Source: a virus (taxonomy: Duplodnaviria > Heunggongvirae > Uroviricota > Caudoviricetes). From it: DNA of 25,145 nucleotides. The notes beneath the pieces were generated by a model. The model worked only from the letters and a program-made list of their open reading frames with translations. It made no database searches and was not told the origin of the DNA. Positions 7,814 through 16,453 of the stretch are shown here, piece after piece (positions within the stretch are counted from its first letter, which is position 1; each line of letters begins with the position of its first letter). The stretch lies in the IMG/VR virus record IMGVR_UViG_3300027836_000006; one strand, given 5' to 3'. A program made the translations under genes and the position numbers.

Positions 7814-8413
7814 ATGTACGATATTTTAGACGTGATACGCAACATAGACGATTTGTACGAAAATAACACCAGTTTAGCCATACTCAAGGATTTTGAACGT
7901 GTGTTAGACGAAATGGACATTTACGTTTATGATAACTGGGAAGACGGTGAACTAGCCTACGGTCCGCAAGTGGACCGTCATTGGATCACGGCTGGCTTTA
8001 TGTGGCCTGCTAATAAGATGCCAGACCCAAGCGCAGGCAAGCGATTAATGGATTTAGGTTGTAAAATCAAATACGAAAAATCGCATTTCATTGAGCCCCG
8101 CAAAATTAAATCGCCGGATGACTATCGCCCTGGTACTAAAAAAGGTAAATTGGATAGAAATCCAATTTGGATTGTTGAAATCGCAATGCCTAAAAAAGTA
8201 GCATTTGATATGTACAAAGGTTACATGGATAAGATGAAAGCAGAGAATCAAGAAGTTGATAATTCTAAGACAGGCGGACAAGCAACCGCGCCTGCCGCTA
8301 TGCCGGGCATGGCTGCTCCAGGTGCTATGCCTGCTCCAGGTGCTATGCCTCCGCCAGTAGGTGGCGGTGCTCCAATGGCTCCTCCGACTGGTGCTCCGGC
8401 GGCAACAATCTAA
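7814..8413 (+). CDS. Conserved phage hypothetical protein, 199 aa, with Pro/Ala/Met/Gly-rich tail
   Basis: Globular N-terminus (DFERVLDEMDIYVYDNWEDGEL...MPDP); low-complexity C-terminus. Confidence 0.85.
   Translation: MYDILDVIRNIDDLYENNTSLAILKDFERVLDEMDIYVYDNWEDGELAYGPQVDRHWITAGFMWPANKMPDPSAGKRLMDLGCKIKYEKSHFIEPRKIKSPDDYRPGTKKGKLDRNPIWIVEIAMPKKVAFDMYKGYMDKMKAENQEVDNSKTGGQATAPAAMPGMAAPGAMPAPGAMPPPVGGGAPMAPPTGAPAATI
8315..8350 (+). repeat. 18-bp tandem duplication gctccaggtgctatgcct x2 (APGAMP)
   Basis: Exact direct repeat at 8315-8332 and 8333-8350. Confidence 0.9.
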
Positions 8414-8415
8414 GG

Positions 8416-9153
8416 ATGACTATGATTAACGAAAGTTTAAGGGCAGGCGACTTACGAGGCTTTGTTAAAAAAGTTGTAGAAATTGATAACTTTAAAAGCA
8501 AGATAGGTGACGATGAGGACATCGTTACAATGGCCTTTACAGTTGACCATGAAGACCCTGCTAAAGATTTAGAAAACTTTATTGAAATGGGTTTTGACTT
8601 TGTACTAGACGCCGATGTAAGTCCAGGCGAATTAGACGATGGTACATATAAAGTATATGTAGAAATAGAAAGAAGTCGTCATGTTCCGGATCAAATTAAA
8701 GAAATTTTTGACGGCGTAGCAAAGATTACCGGTATCAATGATTTTAGATTTCGATATTTTAAAAACTTTAAAAGCGTAGACGCAACTGAAGAAAATTTAA
8801 CATCTGAAATCCCACTGGATAAAGACGCATACAAAATTAAAACAGAACGCAGTAATTTAGATAATTTTACTGAATTTTTTAATAAGAGTTTTGCCGAAGA
8901 AATAAAATTGTTAGACGAGTCGATTACATTTCAAAGAGTGTTTAGTGGACCTGTAACATTTGAAATTTTAAATAGTGGGCCACGTCAGGCAGTTTATGAA
9001 GGCGTTAAAGGTCCCATTGTGTTAGAAGGCAAAGACATGGCCGAAGTAATGTTTTTAACTAAAATAATTGGCAACTATAATATCACTAAAATTGGTGATA
9101 CATTTATATTTGAAAACAGCAATTGGGCTGTAGCACTTAAAAGGAAACAATAA
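8416..9153 (+). CDS. Conserved phage hypothetical protein, 245 aa
   Basis: Long ORF; FKSKIGDDEDIVT, VLDADVSPGE; TAATG-coupled to the endolysin. Confidence 0.85.
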   Translation: MTMINESLRAGDLRGFVKKVVEIDNFKSKIGDDEDIVTMAFTVDHEDPAKDLENFIEMGFDFVLDADVSPGELDDGTYKVYVEIERSRHVPDQIKEIFDGVAKITGINDFRFRYFKNFKSVDATEENLTSEIPLDKDAYKIKTERSNLDNFTEFFNKSFAEEIKLLDESITFQRVFSGPVTFEILNSGPRQAVYEGVKGPIVLEGKDMAEVMFLTKIIGNYNITKIGDTFIFENSNWAVALKRKQ

Positions 9154-9782
9154 TGAGCAAATTTGATTTTGAATTTACACTGGGTAACTTAAAAGAAATG
9201 GTTCCCGGTAACCCACATATTGATAGTTGGTACGAAGCAATATGCGAAATTTTACCTGACTACGATATTAATACTAAGCCGCGTGTTGCAGCATTCATTG
9301 CTCAATGCGCTCACGAATCTGGTGGTTTTAAATTTATTAAAGAAAATTTAAATTACAAAGCGGCAAGTCTACGTAAAGTATTTCCTAAATATTTTCCAGA
9401 TGATGCTATTGCTGCACAGTACGCAGGTAAAGGTGAAAAGATTGCTAACCGTGTATACGGTAATCGTATGGGCAATGGGCCAGAAGAATCTGGCGACGGA
9501 TACAAATATTGTGGCCGTGGACTTATTCAATTGACTGGTAAGGACAACTACACCCGTTACTCACAAAGTTTAGAAATTAGTGTAGAAGAAGCTAGCGAAC
9601 ACTTAACAACTTTCGAAGGTTGTGTACAAAGTGCCGCCTGGTTCTGGGAAGCTAACAACTTAAATCAGTGGGCTGACAAGGGCGACATCCTTACATTAAC
9701 AAAACGCATTAACGGCGGCACTATTGGACTTGAAGATCGTATCAAGCATTATAATCACGCACTTCACGTCCTAGGAGCTTAA
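9153..9782 (+). CDS. Glycoside hydrolase family 19 endolysin
   Basis: FIAQCAHESGGF, ENLNY, YCGRGLIQLTGKDNY, TKRINGG. Confidence 0.9.
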   Translation: MSKFDFEFTLGNLKEMVPGNPHIDSWYEAICEILPDYDINTKPRVAAFIAQCAHESGGFKFIKENLNYKAASLRKVFPKYFPDDAIAAQYAGKGEKIANRVYGNRMGNGPEESGDGYKYCGRGLIQLTGKDNYTRYSQSLEISVEEASEHLTTFEGCVQSAAWFWEANNLNQWADKGDILTLTKRINGGTIGLEDRIKHYNHALHVLGA

Positions 9783-9783
9783 T

Positions 9784-10248
9784 ATGTGGATGATGAGCTT
9801 TGTGCCTGATGATTTCTTATTGTATGTTATTAATACAATTCTGATAGCAGGTGCTGTTGGCTCATTCCTCACGTTCTTTGCGTTGAATAGAATTCTTCGT
9901 TGGTTCCCAGCGATTGCTCCTTACTATCTCATTTTACAAATAGTTAGTGCGGCACTACTAGTAGGCGGTATTTACTTCAAGGGCGGCTACAGTGTAGAAA
10001 TGTCCTGGCGTGAAAAGGTTAAAGAAGCGGAAGCTAAAGTTGCGGTTGCTGAAGAACAAAGTAAAGAGCTTAACACTAAGTTAGAAGAAGAACGTAAGAA
10101 AAAACAAAAAGTAAAAGTAGAGTACTATAATACTGTAAAAACTGAAATAAAAGAAGTTGAAAAAGTTATTAACGCTAAATGCGAAATAGATCCGCAAGTT
10201 AATGAATTGCTTAACAAAGCTGCAACTAATCCGGGGAAAGCAAAATGA
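9784..10248 (+). CDS. Inner-membrane spanin (Rz-like)
   Basis: N-terminal TM segments followed by a charged coiled coil; lies between the endolysin and a lipoprotein. Confidence 0.7.
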   Translation: MWMMSFVPDDFLLYVINTILIAGAVGSFLTFFALNRILRWFPAIAPYYLILQIVSAALLVGGIYFKGGYSVEMSWREKVKEAEAKVAVAEEQSKELNTKLEEERKKKQKVKVEYYNTVKTEIKEVEKVINAKCEIDPQVNELLNKAATNPGKAK

Positions 10249-10514
10249 AAAAACTAGTATTGCTACTTCCTATAGTTTTATTAACAGGCTGTTTAGCAAC
10301 AGCACCAGTAGTGCCCAAGTGGCCTGAAGTTCCTAAGGAACTATTAGAATCTTGTCCGGATCTAAAAACATTAGAACCCAACAACACTAAACTCAGCACT
10401 ATAATCGAAACTGTAACAGACAATTATCAACAATACTACAACTGTAAAGACAATGTAGACAGCTGGATCATGTGGTACAAGGGACAGCAGGATATTTGGA
10501 AAACACTTAAATAA
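10245..10514 (+). CDS. Outer-membrane spanin lipoprotein (Rz1-like)
   Basis: Signal peptide with lipobox LLTG-C; Pro-rich PVVPKWPEVPKELLESCPDL; ATGA overlap. Confidence 0.8.
   Translation: MKKLVLLLPIVLLTGCLATAPVVPKWPEVPKELLESCPDLKTLEPNNTKLSTIIETVTDNYQQYYNCKDNVDSWIMWYKGQQDIWKTLK
10508..10513 (+). promoter_or_regulatory. Putative late promoter TAAATA
   Basis: Overlaps the o-spanin stop, 25 nt before ATG 10539 (SD AAGGAG). Confidence 0.45.
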
Positions 10515-10538
10515 AGTAGTACATTAAGGAGCGAGCGC

Positions 10539-10835
10539 ATGGAAGATAGAAAAATGGTAAAGTGGTTATTAGCATTACTACTGCTACCACTAGGATTGGC
10601 GTATTTTAGCGGTGATAGATATCGCTACCCATGCCAAGATCCAGCAAATTGGGAAAAAGATTTCTGTAAAATGCCAGTATGTGATGTTAACAGAACTTGC
10701 CCGGAACATATTTTTAAAGGTCAACGCGACCCTAGATTAGGACCACCAAAAGATGAACCAAATAAAACAACAACTACACCGTCTCCTCAAGGGAGTTTCG
10801 GACCTACTACACAAGGAGTCAACTGTGGAAAATAA
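10539..10835 (+). CDS. Membrane-anchored Cys-rich envelope protein, 98 aa
   Basis: N-terminal hydrophobic segment, then YRYPCQDPANW...CKMPVCDVNRTCP. Confidence 0.8.
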   Translation: MEDRKMVKWLLALLLLPLGLAYFSGDRYRYPCQDPANWEKDFCKMPVCDVNRTCPEHIFKGQRDPRLGPPKDEPNKTTTTPSPQGSFGPTTQGVNCGK

Positions 10836-11325
10836 TAACGTACCTATGATTTATACTGAAGAGCAGTTAATGGCTCGCTTAAAATTCTTTATCGGCATTT
10901 GTCTGTCATTGACATTGTTTGGTATTGTATTTGTTGTGCTGTACTCACTAATATTTGTAACACAACCACTTAATGCTATCAGCCCAATTGATCAAAAGTT
11001 CTTTGAATTGATTATCCCAATTGCTACATTCTTAACAGGTACACTAAGCGGTATTATGTTAGCTGGCGGCGACAAGGACGCACAGAAACAAGCATTGGCA
11101 GCGGCCAACGCAGGATGGTCTAAGCCACCTACACCAACAGCACCGGCTCCTAGCGCACCATCAAGTGGCGGATTTGGCGCAAATGTTGGATTTACCACAC
11201 CTGGTGGGTTTGGTATGTCTGGTAGCTTTAATGCTCCAGCTCCAGCACCAAGTTTTGGAGCGCCAATTGCAATGACAGCAAGTGGTAAGAAAATTGTTCC
11301 AGACGTTCAAATGCCAGAAATTTAA
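10825..11325 (+). CDS. Two-TM membrane protein, 166 aa (holin or accessory lysis candidate)
   Basis: GTG 10825 with AGGAG at 10814 is preferred to the track start at 10753; two TMs then a Pro/Ala/Gly tail. Confidence 0.7.
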   Translation: MENNNVPMIYTEEQLMARLKFFIGICLSLTLFGIVFVVLYSLIFVTQPLNAISPIDQKFFELIIPIATFLTGTLSGIMLAGGDKDAQKQALAAANAGWSKPPTPTAPAPSAPSSGGFGANVGFTTPGGFGMSGSFNAPAPAPSFGAPIAMTASGKKIVPDVQMPEI

Positions 11326-11350
11326 TCTAAGTTTATAACTAGAGAAAGCA

Positions 11351-11764
11351 ATGAGCGAACTATCAGCCAGCGAGAAGAAAAAAGAAGATTGGATGAACAC
11401 CAAGTGGCGTCCAATGATGGGCTGGATGTACATGGTAGTATGTATGTGTGACTTCGTTCTATTTCCTGTGTTATGGAGTTTAGTACAAGTAGTAGGTGAC
11501 GGCAAAGTGGAAACACAATGGAGTCCAATCACTCTACAGGGTGCTGGACTATTCCATATGGCAATGGGTGCTATTTTAGGAATTGCTGTATATGGTCGCA
11601 CACAAGAGAAGTTAAACGGTGTTAACAATAGTTCTGTGCCAGTACAACCGGTAACTCCGAGTGCTGTCAATACAACAAGTTATACACCGGCACCAAGTTG
11701 GGGGACAACTCCAATAGCAAGTAGCAAAAAGGTTGTACCTCAAGAAGAACAACCATCAATTTAA
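11351..11764 (+). CDS. Holin, 3TM (GTA-holin-like)
   Basis: KWRPMMGW and GAILGIAVYGRTQEK motifs; hydrophobic segments; in the lysis cassette. Confidence 0.65.
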   Translation: MSELSASEKKKEDWMNTKWRPMMGWMYMVVCMCDFVLFPVLWSLVQVVGDGKVETQWSPITLQGAGLFHMAMGAILGIAVYGRTQEKLNGVNNSSVPVQPVTPSAVNTTSYTPAPSWGTTPIASSKKVVPQEEQPSI

Positions 11765-11776
11765 AAGGAGCGGAGC

Positions 11777-11899
11777 ATGTTAGACACATTATTTTGGGTA
11801 GCAGTAGGAGCATTTGTAGGTTGGAATTTTCCACAGCCGTTTTGGGCTAAGATTATTCAAGAAAAAATCCAATCAATGATTGGTAAAAAAGGAGTATAA
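11777..11899 (+). CDS. Small membrane protein, 40 aa (not in ORF track)
   Basis: MLDTLFWVAVGAFVGWNFPQPFWAKIIQEKIQSMIGKKGV; SD AAGGAG/GGAG; fills the gap exactly. Confidence 0.75.
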   Translation: MLDTLFWVAVGAFVGWNFPQPFWAKIIQEKIQSMIGKKGV

Positions 11900-11900
11900 T

Positions 11901-12104
11901 ATGAAATTAGTATTAGCATTATTAACAAGTTTGGCACTAGTTGGCACAGCATACGCCGGTGGTGAAATGAAAGAAGTATGTACAGACAAAAAAGACAAAG
12001 CCGGTAAAGTAGTAAACGGCAAGGACGGAAAGCCTGTACAAGAATGTAAAAAAATCAAAGTACATAAGAAAGTAGAAGGCACTAAGGTTCCTGAAAAGAA
12101 ATAA
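11901..12104 (+). CDS. Secreted Lys-rich small protein, 67 aa, two Cys
   Basis: ATG 11901 with SD AGGAG; signal peptide ending AYA; track start at 11880 is unlikely. Confidence 0.75.
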   Translation: MKLVLALLTSLALVGTAYAGGEMKEVCTDKKDKAGKVVNGKDGKPVQECKKIKVHKKVEGTKVPEKK

Positions 12105-12117
12105 TTCTACCAAACTC

Positions 12118-12146
12118 TTGACAGGTTCCGCCTAGTATAGTATAAT
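12118..12146 (+). promoter_or_regulatory. Perfect sigma70 promoter TTGACA-N17-TATAAT upstream of dnaJ
   Basis: TTGACA 12118-12123, TATAAT 12141-12146. Confidence 0.85.
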
Positions 12147-12172
12147 TACTATATTAACTGGAACCTGTTTTT
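12121..12172 (+). terminator. Long imperfect hairpin plus T5 (terminator or operator) overlapping the dnaJ promoter
   Basis: ACAGGTTCC/GGAACCTGT (12121-12129/12160-12168) encloses TATAGTA-taat-TACTATA; T-run at 12168-12172. Confidence 0.5.
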
Positions 12173-12178
12173 ACGACT

Positions 12179-13033
12179 ATGACTGATTATTACCAAACCC
12201 TAGGCGTTAGCGAAAACGCTAGCCCAGATGAAATTAAAAAAGCATACCGAAGCTTGGCTAATAAACATCACCCCGACAAAGGTGGCGACCAAGCCAAATT
12301 TAAAGATATTAGTGTTGCTTATGAAAATTTAAGCGACCCCCAGAAAAAAGCCGAATATGATCAACAACGAATGTACGGAGGCGGCCCGCAAGTTAGGTTT
12401 ACATCCGGAGATCCGTTTGCCGATATGTTTGGACAAGGTGGGAATCCATTTGGAGATATATTTGGACACATGCGGGGCCAACAACGTCGAAATCGAGATT
12501 TAAATATTCAATGTCAAGTTACACTACTTGACTCATACTTAGGTAAACAACTAGAAGCAAACTATAGACTACCAAGTGGAAGAAATCAAACTGTTGTTAT
12601 TAATGTACCGCCTGGAATTAGCCACGGAGAAACTATTCGATATCAAGGACTCGGCGACGACAGTATGCCACATGCGCCTCGAGGTAACTTAAACGTAACA
12701 GTTATAGTGTTACCTGATCAAAACTTCCAACGTGTTAATGATGATTTGTATACTACAGTACACGTTAATCCTATAGAGGCTATGATTGGATGTCACAGAA
12801 CTGTTAAATTTATTACAGGCGAAGATCGAGAAATTGACATTCGGCCTGGAGTTGAAAGCGGCACTGAATATGCTAGCGCCGGTACTGGATTTAGTAATCT
12901 ACAAACTAATCGTAGAGGTAGATTTGTTATTATAATTAAAATACGAACACCAAATATAACCGATCCAGACTTAATAACACGATTGAGACAATTAGATGCT
13001 GAAATTAATCAAAGATCCCGATCCAATTCTTAA
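12179..13033 (+). CDS. dnaJ: DnaJ/CbpA-like co-chaperone (J domain + C-terminal domain, no Zn finger)
   Basis: [16 protein letters not shown] (HPD), G/F-rich linker, DnaJ_C-like [10 protein letters not shown]...GNLNV. Confidence 0.92.
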   Translation: MTDYYQTLGVSENASPDEIKKAYRSLANKHHPDKGGDQAKFKDISVAYENLSDPQKKAEYDQQRMYGGGPQVRFTSGDPFADMFGQGGNPFGDIFGHMRGQQRRNRDLNIQCQVTLLDSYLGKQLEANYRLPSGRNQTVVINVPPGISHGETIRYQGLGDDSMPHAPRGNLNVTVIVLPDQNFQRVNDDLYTTVHVNPIEAMIGCHRTVKFITGEDREIDIRPGVESGTEYASAGTGFSNLQTNRRGRFVIIIKIRTPNITDPDLITRLRQLDAEINQRSRSNS

Positions 13034-13484
13034 ACAAGAAGCAGAACAATGGGACTTTAAGAACCATGTCAATGCGGCTGTTATCGAACGAGAAATGCTA
13101 GACCTTATGCGGACTAATAACGCTATTGGCCTAGCTGGGAACCAAGTTGGACTATTACGTAGGGTGTTTGTTATGAAGTTAACAGACGGCCGTGAAATTG
13201 GTTGCTTCAATCCATGGATCATGTTTGGTGATAATGATAAAATCGAAGGCGATGAAGGTTGTTTGAGCTTTACAAATCTTTGGCTTAAGGTTAAACGACA
13301 CAATAAAATTACTGCCGCATATCTTGACAATACAGGAAAACAATGTATAATAGAACTTGAAGGCCTAGATTCTCGATGCTTCCAACACGAGTTGGATCAT
13401 TTAGATGGCATAACATTTACCGAATATGTAAGTGATTTAAAATTACAAATGGCACGGAAAAAACAAAGGAAACTAAATGGTTGA
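12996..13484 (+). CDS. def: Peptide deformylase
   Basis: [22 protein letters not shown] motifs; basic C-terminal helix. Confidence 0.93.
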   Translation: MLKLIKDPDPILKQEAEQWDFKNHVNAAVIEREMLDLMRTNNAIGLAGNQVGLLRRVFVMKLTDGREIGCFNPWIMFGDNDKIEGDEGCLSFTNLWLKVKRHNKITAAYLDNTGKQCIIELEGLDSRCFQHELDHLDGITFTEYVSDLKLQMARKKQRKLNG

Positions 13485-15747
13485 ACCAAGCGACAATTTA
13501 CAAGCAGTATTTGAAAAAGCAATCGATACTGCTAAAAAACTACACCATGAATATCTAACAATTGAGCATTTATTGTTTGCCATGCTTATGGAGGATACCT
13601 TTAGTAAATGTTTACAAGGGTACGGTGCTGATCCAGAATCTTTAAAAAAGAATTTAGCAGATTATCTTCAACATAAATGTGCTGAAATTACAGTGGCAGA
13701 TGTAGTAGTTAAGCCACGCAAAACACAATCAGTTGAGCGTATTCTTAATCGTGCGTTTACACAAGTGCTGTTTAACGGACGTCAGCGAATTGAATCCACA
13801 GATGTATTCCTTGCCATGATGGGCGAGAAACGCAGTTGGGCTAATTTTTATATTGCTCAAGCTAACATTGACAAAGATAAATTTGCCGATTATATTAATA
13901 ATAACATTGAAGAAGACGAAGTGGAAGAACAAGATACCAATAGCGGCAAGGCTCTAGCACAATTTACAACTAATCTTAACGAAGCAGTTAAGAAAAATAA
14001 AGTTGACCCTGTTATTGGACGAATTGATGAGTTAGAAAATATTGCGTTGGCTATGGGTCGACGCAGTAAAAATAACGTTATCTTGGTCGGTGATCCCGGA
14101 GTAGGTAAAACTGCTATCGCAGAAGGACTTGCTTTTAACATTGTTAAAGGCGCAGTTCCTGACTTCTTAAAAGAATACACCGTCTTCAACCTGGATATTA
14201 GTGCTATGCTTGCTGGTAGTAAGTATCGCGGCGATTTTGAAGAACGTTTCAAAATGGTGTTGAAGGCACTTACTAAGAAAGGTAAGACTATTCTATTCAT
14301 TGACGAAGCACACATGATTAGTGGCGCAGGTTCTGCTAGTAATTCAGCTAACGATCTTGCTAACATGATGAAGCCTGCGTTGAGCAAAGGTAACATTAAA
14401 GTTGTTGCTTCAACTACATGGGAAGAATACCGTAAACACTTTGAAAAGGATCGTGCGTTGATGCGCAGGTTCCAGCGTATTACAGTCGACGAGCCTACTG
14501 TAGAAGTAACACTACAAATCCTTAAAGGTATCAAAAAATACTACGAAGGATTTCATAATGTTAAAATCAAAGACGATGCGTTACAAGCGGCTATTAAGTT
14601 GTCTGTTAAATATCAAACAGATAAAAAATTACCCGACAAAGCTATCGACTTGATTGACTTAGCGTGTAGTCGCTTTAACTTAAAGTTGGCAGACGAGCGT
14701 GTTATTACAGAACGTGAAATTCAGTTTGAACTGGCTAAAGTTGTTCAAATGCCTGAAGAAGTTATTAGCGAACAAGAAAGTGATAACTTAGCCACGTTAC
14801 AAACTAAACTTCAAGACGAAGTGTTTGGTCAAGATCTTGCTGTACAAGAAGTAGTTGACAAAATTATGGTTGCGCAAGCAGGACTTAAATCCGAAAACAA
14901 ACCTATTGGTAGTTTTGTATTCATGGGGCCAACTGGGTGTGGCAAAACTGAAACAGCTAAATCACTTGCTAAACATTTAGGTACTAAGTTGTTGCGTTTT
15001 GATATGTCAGAGTATCAAGAGAAGCACAGTATCTCTAAGCTAATTGGTAGCCCTCCAGGTTACGTTGGCTTTGAAGAAAATGCTGGGTTGTTAATCACAC
15101 AAATTCAAGAAAGTCCAAATGCTGTTTTGTTGTTTGATGAAATCGAAAAGTCGCATCCAGATGTCAGTACAATATTGTTACAAATGATGGACAATGGTTT
15201 TATTACAGGATCTAATGGTAAGAAAGCAGACTGCCGTAACTTAATCCTTATCCTAACTACTAACGCAGGCGCTAACGAAGCAGAAAAGAATGCTATTGGT
15301 TTTGGTGCCCAGGAAAAAGACTACAGCGACAAAGACCTTAAAAAGTTCTTTACACCAGAGTTCCGTAATCGGTTGGACGGTATTGTTACCTTTAACAAAC
15401 TCAGCAAGCCAACTATGGTCAAGATTGTTAATAAGTTTATCGATGAACTTAAAGAACAAGTTAAAGAAAAAGCAATTCGCATTAAAATTGATAAAGAAGC
15501 AATTGATTGGTTGATTGAAAAAGGATTTGATGCTAAGATGGGTGCTCGTCCGTTACAACGTGTTATTGACAAGGACATCAAACGTGATCTTGCTAAAATG
15601 ATGTTGTTTGGAGATTTAAAGAACGGCGGATGGTTAACTGTTAGTGTCGATAATGATAAACTACAGCTTATATCTAAACCAAAGACTGCTAAAGTGCCGC
15701 TCCTGACTATCGATACTACTGTCGAAAATGCAAACCAAGATAACTAA
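13477..15747 (+). CDS. clpA: ClpA-like Hsp100 AAA+ unfoldase
   Basis: Clp N domain (HEYLTIEHLL); two AAA modules (GDPGVGKT/IDEAH and GPTGCGKT/FDEIEK); GYVG pore loop; IGF loop; no long M-domain coiled coil. Confidence 0.9.
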   Translation: MVEPSDNLQAVFEKAIDTAKKLHHEYLTIEHLLFAMLMEDTFSKCLQGYGADPESLKKNLADYLQHKCAEITVADVVVKPRKTQSVERILNRAFTQVLFNGRQRIESTDVFLAMMGEKRSWANFYIAQANIDKDKFADYINNNIEEDEVEEQDTNSGKALAQFTTNLNEAVKKNKVDPVIGRIDELENIALAMGRRSKNNVILVGDPGVGKTAIAEGLAFNIVKGAVPDFLKEYTVFNLDISAMLAGSKYRGDFEERFKMVLKALTKKGKTILFIDEAHMISGAGSASNSANDLANMMKPALSKGNIKVVASTTWEEYRKHFEKDRALMRRFQRITVDEPTVEVTLQILKGIKKYYEGFHNVKIKDDALQAAIKLSVKYQTDKKLPDKAIDLIDLACSRFNLKLADERVITEREIQFELAKVVQMPEEVISEQESDNLATLQTKLQDEVFGQDLAVQEVVDKIMVAQAGLKSENKPIGSFVFMGPTGCGKTETAKSLAKHLGTKLLRFDMSEYQEKHSISKLIGSPPGYVGFEENAGLLITQIQESPNAVLLFDEIEKSHPDVSTILLQMMDNGFITGSNGKKADCRNLILILTTNAGANEAEKNAIGFGAQEKDYSDKDLKKFFTPEFRNRLDGIVTFNKLSKPTMVKIVNKFIDELKEQVKEKAIRIKIDKEAIDWLIEKGFDAKMGARPLQRVIDKDIKRDLAKMMLFGDLKNGGWLTVSVDNDKLQLISKPKTAKVPLLTIDTTVENANQDN

Positions 15748-16381
15748 AAAATTGTTTAGAGGACTGTACCAGTACAAGTTAGTAATAATTTGTGCTGGTG
15801 CTAGTTGGTTTCGCGGCGGCGATATGGATAGCGTGTTTAATGAACTTAAAAAAGTAACTATAACAACCGATCCATCCAAAACTGGTGCAGCAACACCGTA
15901 TTATGTTGCTTGGCGAGCTGGTATCAAAACTCAAGAAGATTTAGACTATGCGTTTAAATTACAAGCTCATCTTAAAAAGCTAAATGATGTAGAAGTAAGA
16001 GTGGAATCGCCATGGATTAGTGTTTATACGAATTCTAAATCAAGCATTGATTCTACTATCAAGCTGGATAAAACTAAAATCAAATATGTTAGTGTTCCTC
16101 CTGAAAATACTTTGTTGGAACAAAATACAATTATTATGCCTAAAGTAGGATTTGATTATAGGATTACACTGGGTAAAACTATACAAAATCACAGTGCGTT
16201 TATTGGTTGGGCTGAAGCAAACAAAAAACTTAAACTTACTAAGGCGTGCAAGCGAGAACTTAGTAGAGATCGTAGTTGGGGCGGTACTCACTTCTATATT
16301 AGCGGGGATAACAACCTTCTAATGGCTAAAATGCACTTAGGCGGTTCAATAAACAAGGTTGAACGTATAATCAAAGTGTAA
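15728..16381 (+). CDS. Hypothetical protein, 217 aa
   Basis: Long ORF overlapping the clpA end; no recognised motif. Confidence 0.8.
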   Translation: MQTKITKKLFRGLYQYKLVIICAGASWFRGGDMDSVFNELKKVTITTDPSKTGAATPYYVAWRAGIKTQEDLDYAFKLQAHLKKLNDVEVRVESPWISVYTNSKSSIDSTIKLDKTKIKYVSVPPENTLLEQNTIIMPKVGFDYRITLGKTIQNHSAFIGWAEANKKLKLTKACKRELSRDRSWGGTHFYISGDNNLLMAKMHLGGSINKVERIIKV

Positions 16382-16401
16382 TCTTAAAATCCCATTTGCG
16401 A

Positions 16402-16431
16402 TAAATACACTATCCGCAGTGGATTACTGCG
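16402..16431 (+). promoter_or_regulatory. Putative late promoter TAAATA followed by a leader hairpin
   Basis: gATAAATAcactat at 16402-16407; CGCAGT-ggatt-ACTGCG at 16415-16431; heads the 16454-onward block. Confidence 0.55.
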
Positions 16432-16453
16432 ACTATATAAAATGGGCTGAATT

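Noticed and set aside
13477-15747. ClpB or ClpC assignment
   Set aside because: There is no long middle coiled coil, and the IGF loop is present, which fits ClpA.
16402-16413. CACTAT after this TAAATA is the reverse complement of ATAGTG after the phoH TAAATA
   Set aside because: A 6-nt match in AT-rich DNA is within chance; no further complementarity was seen.
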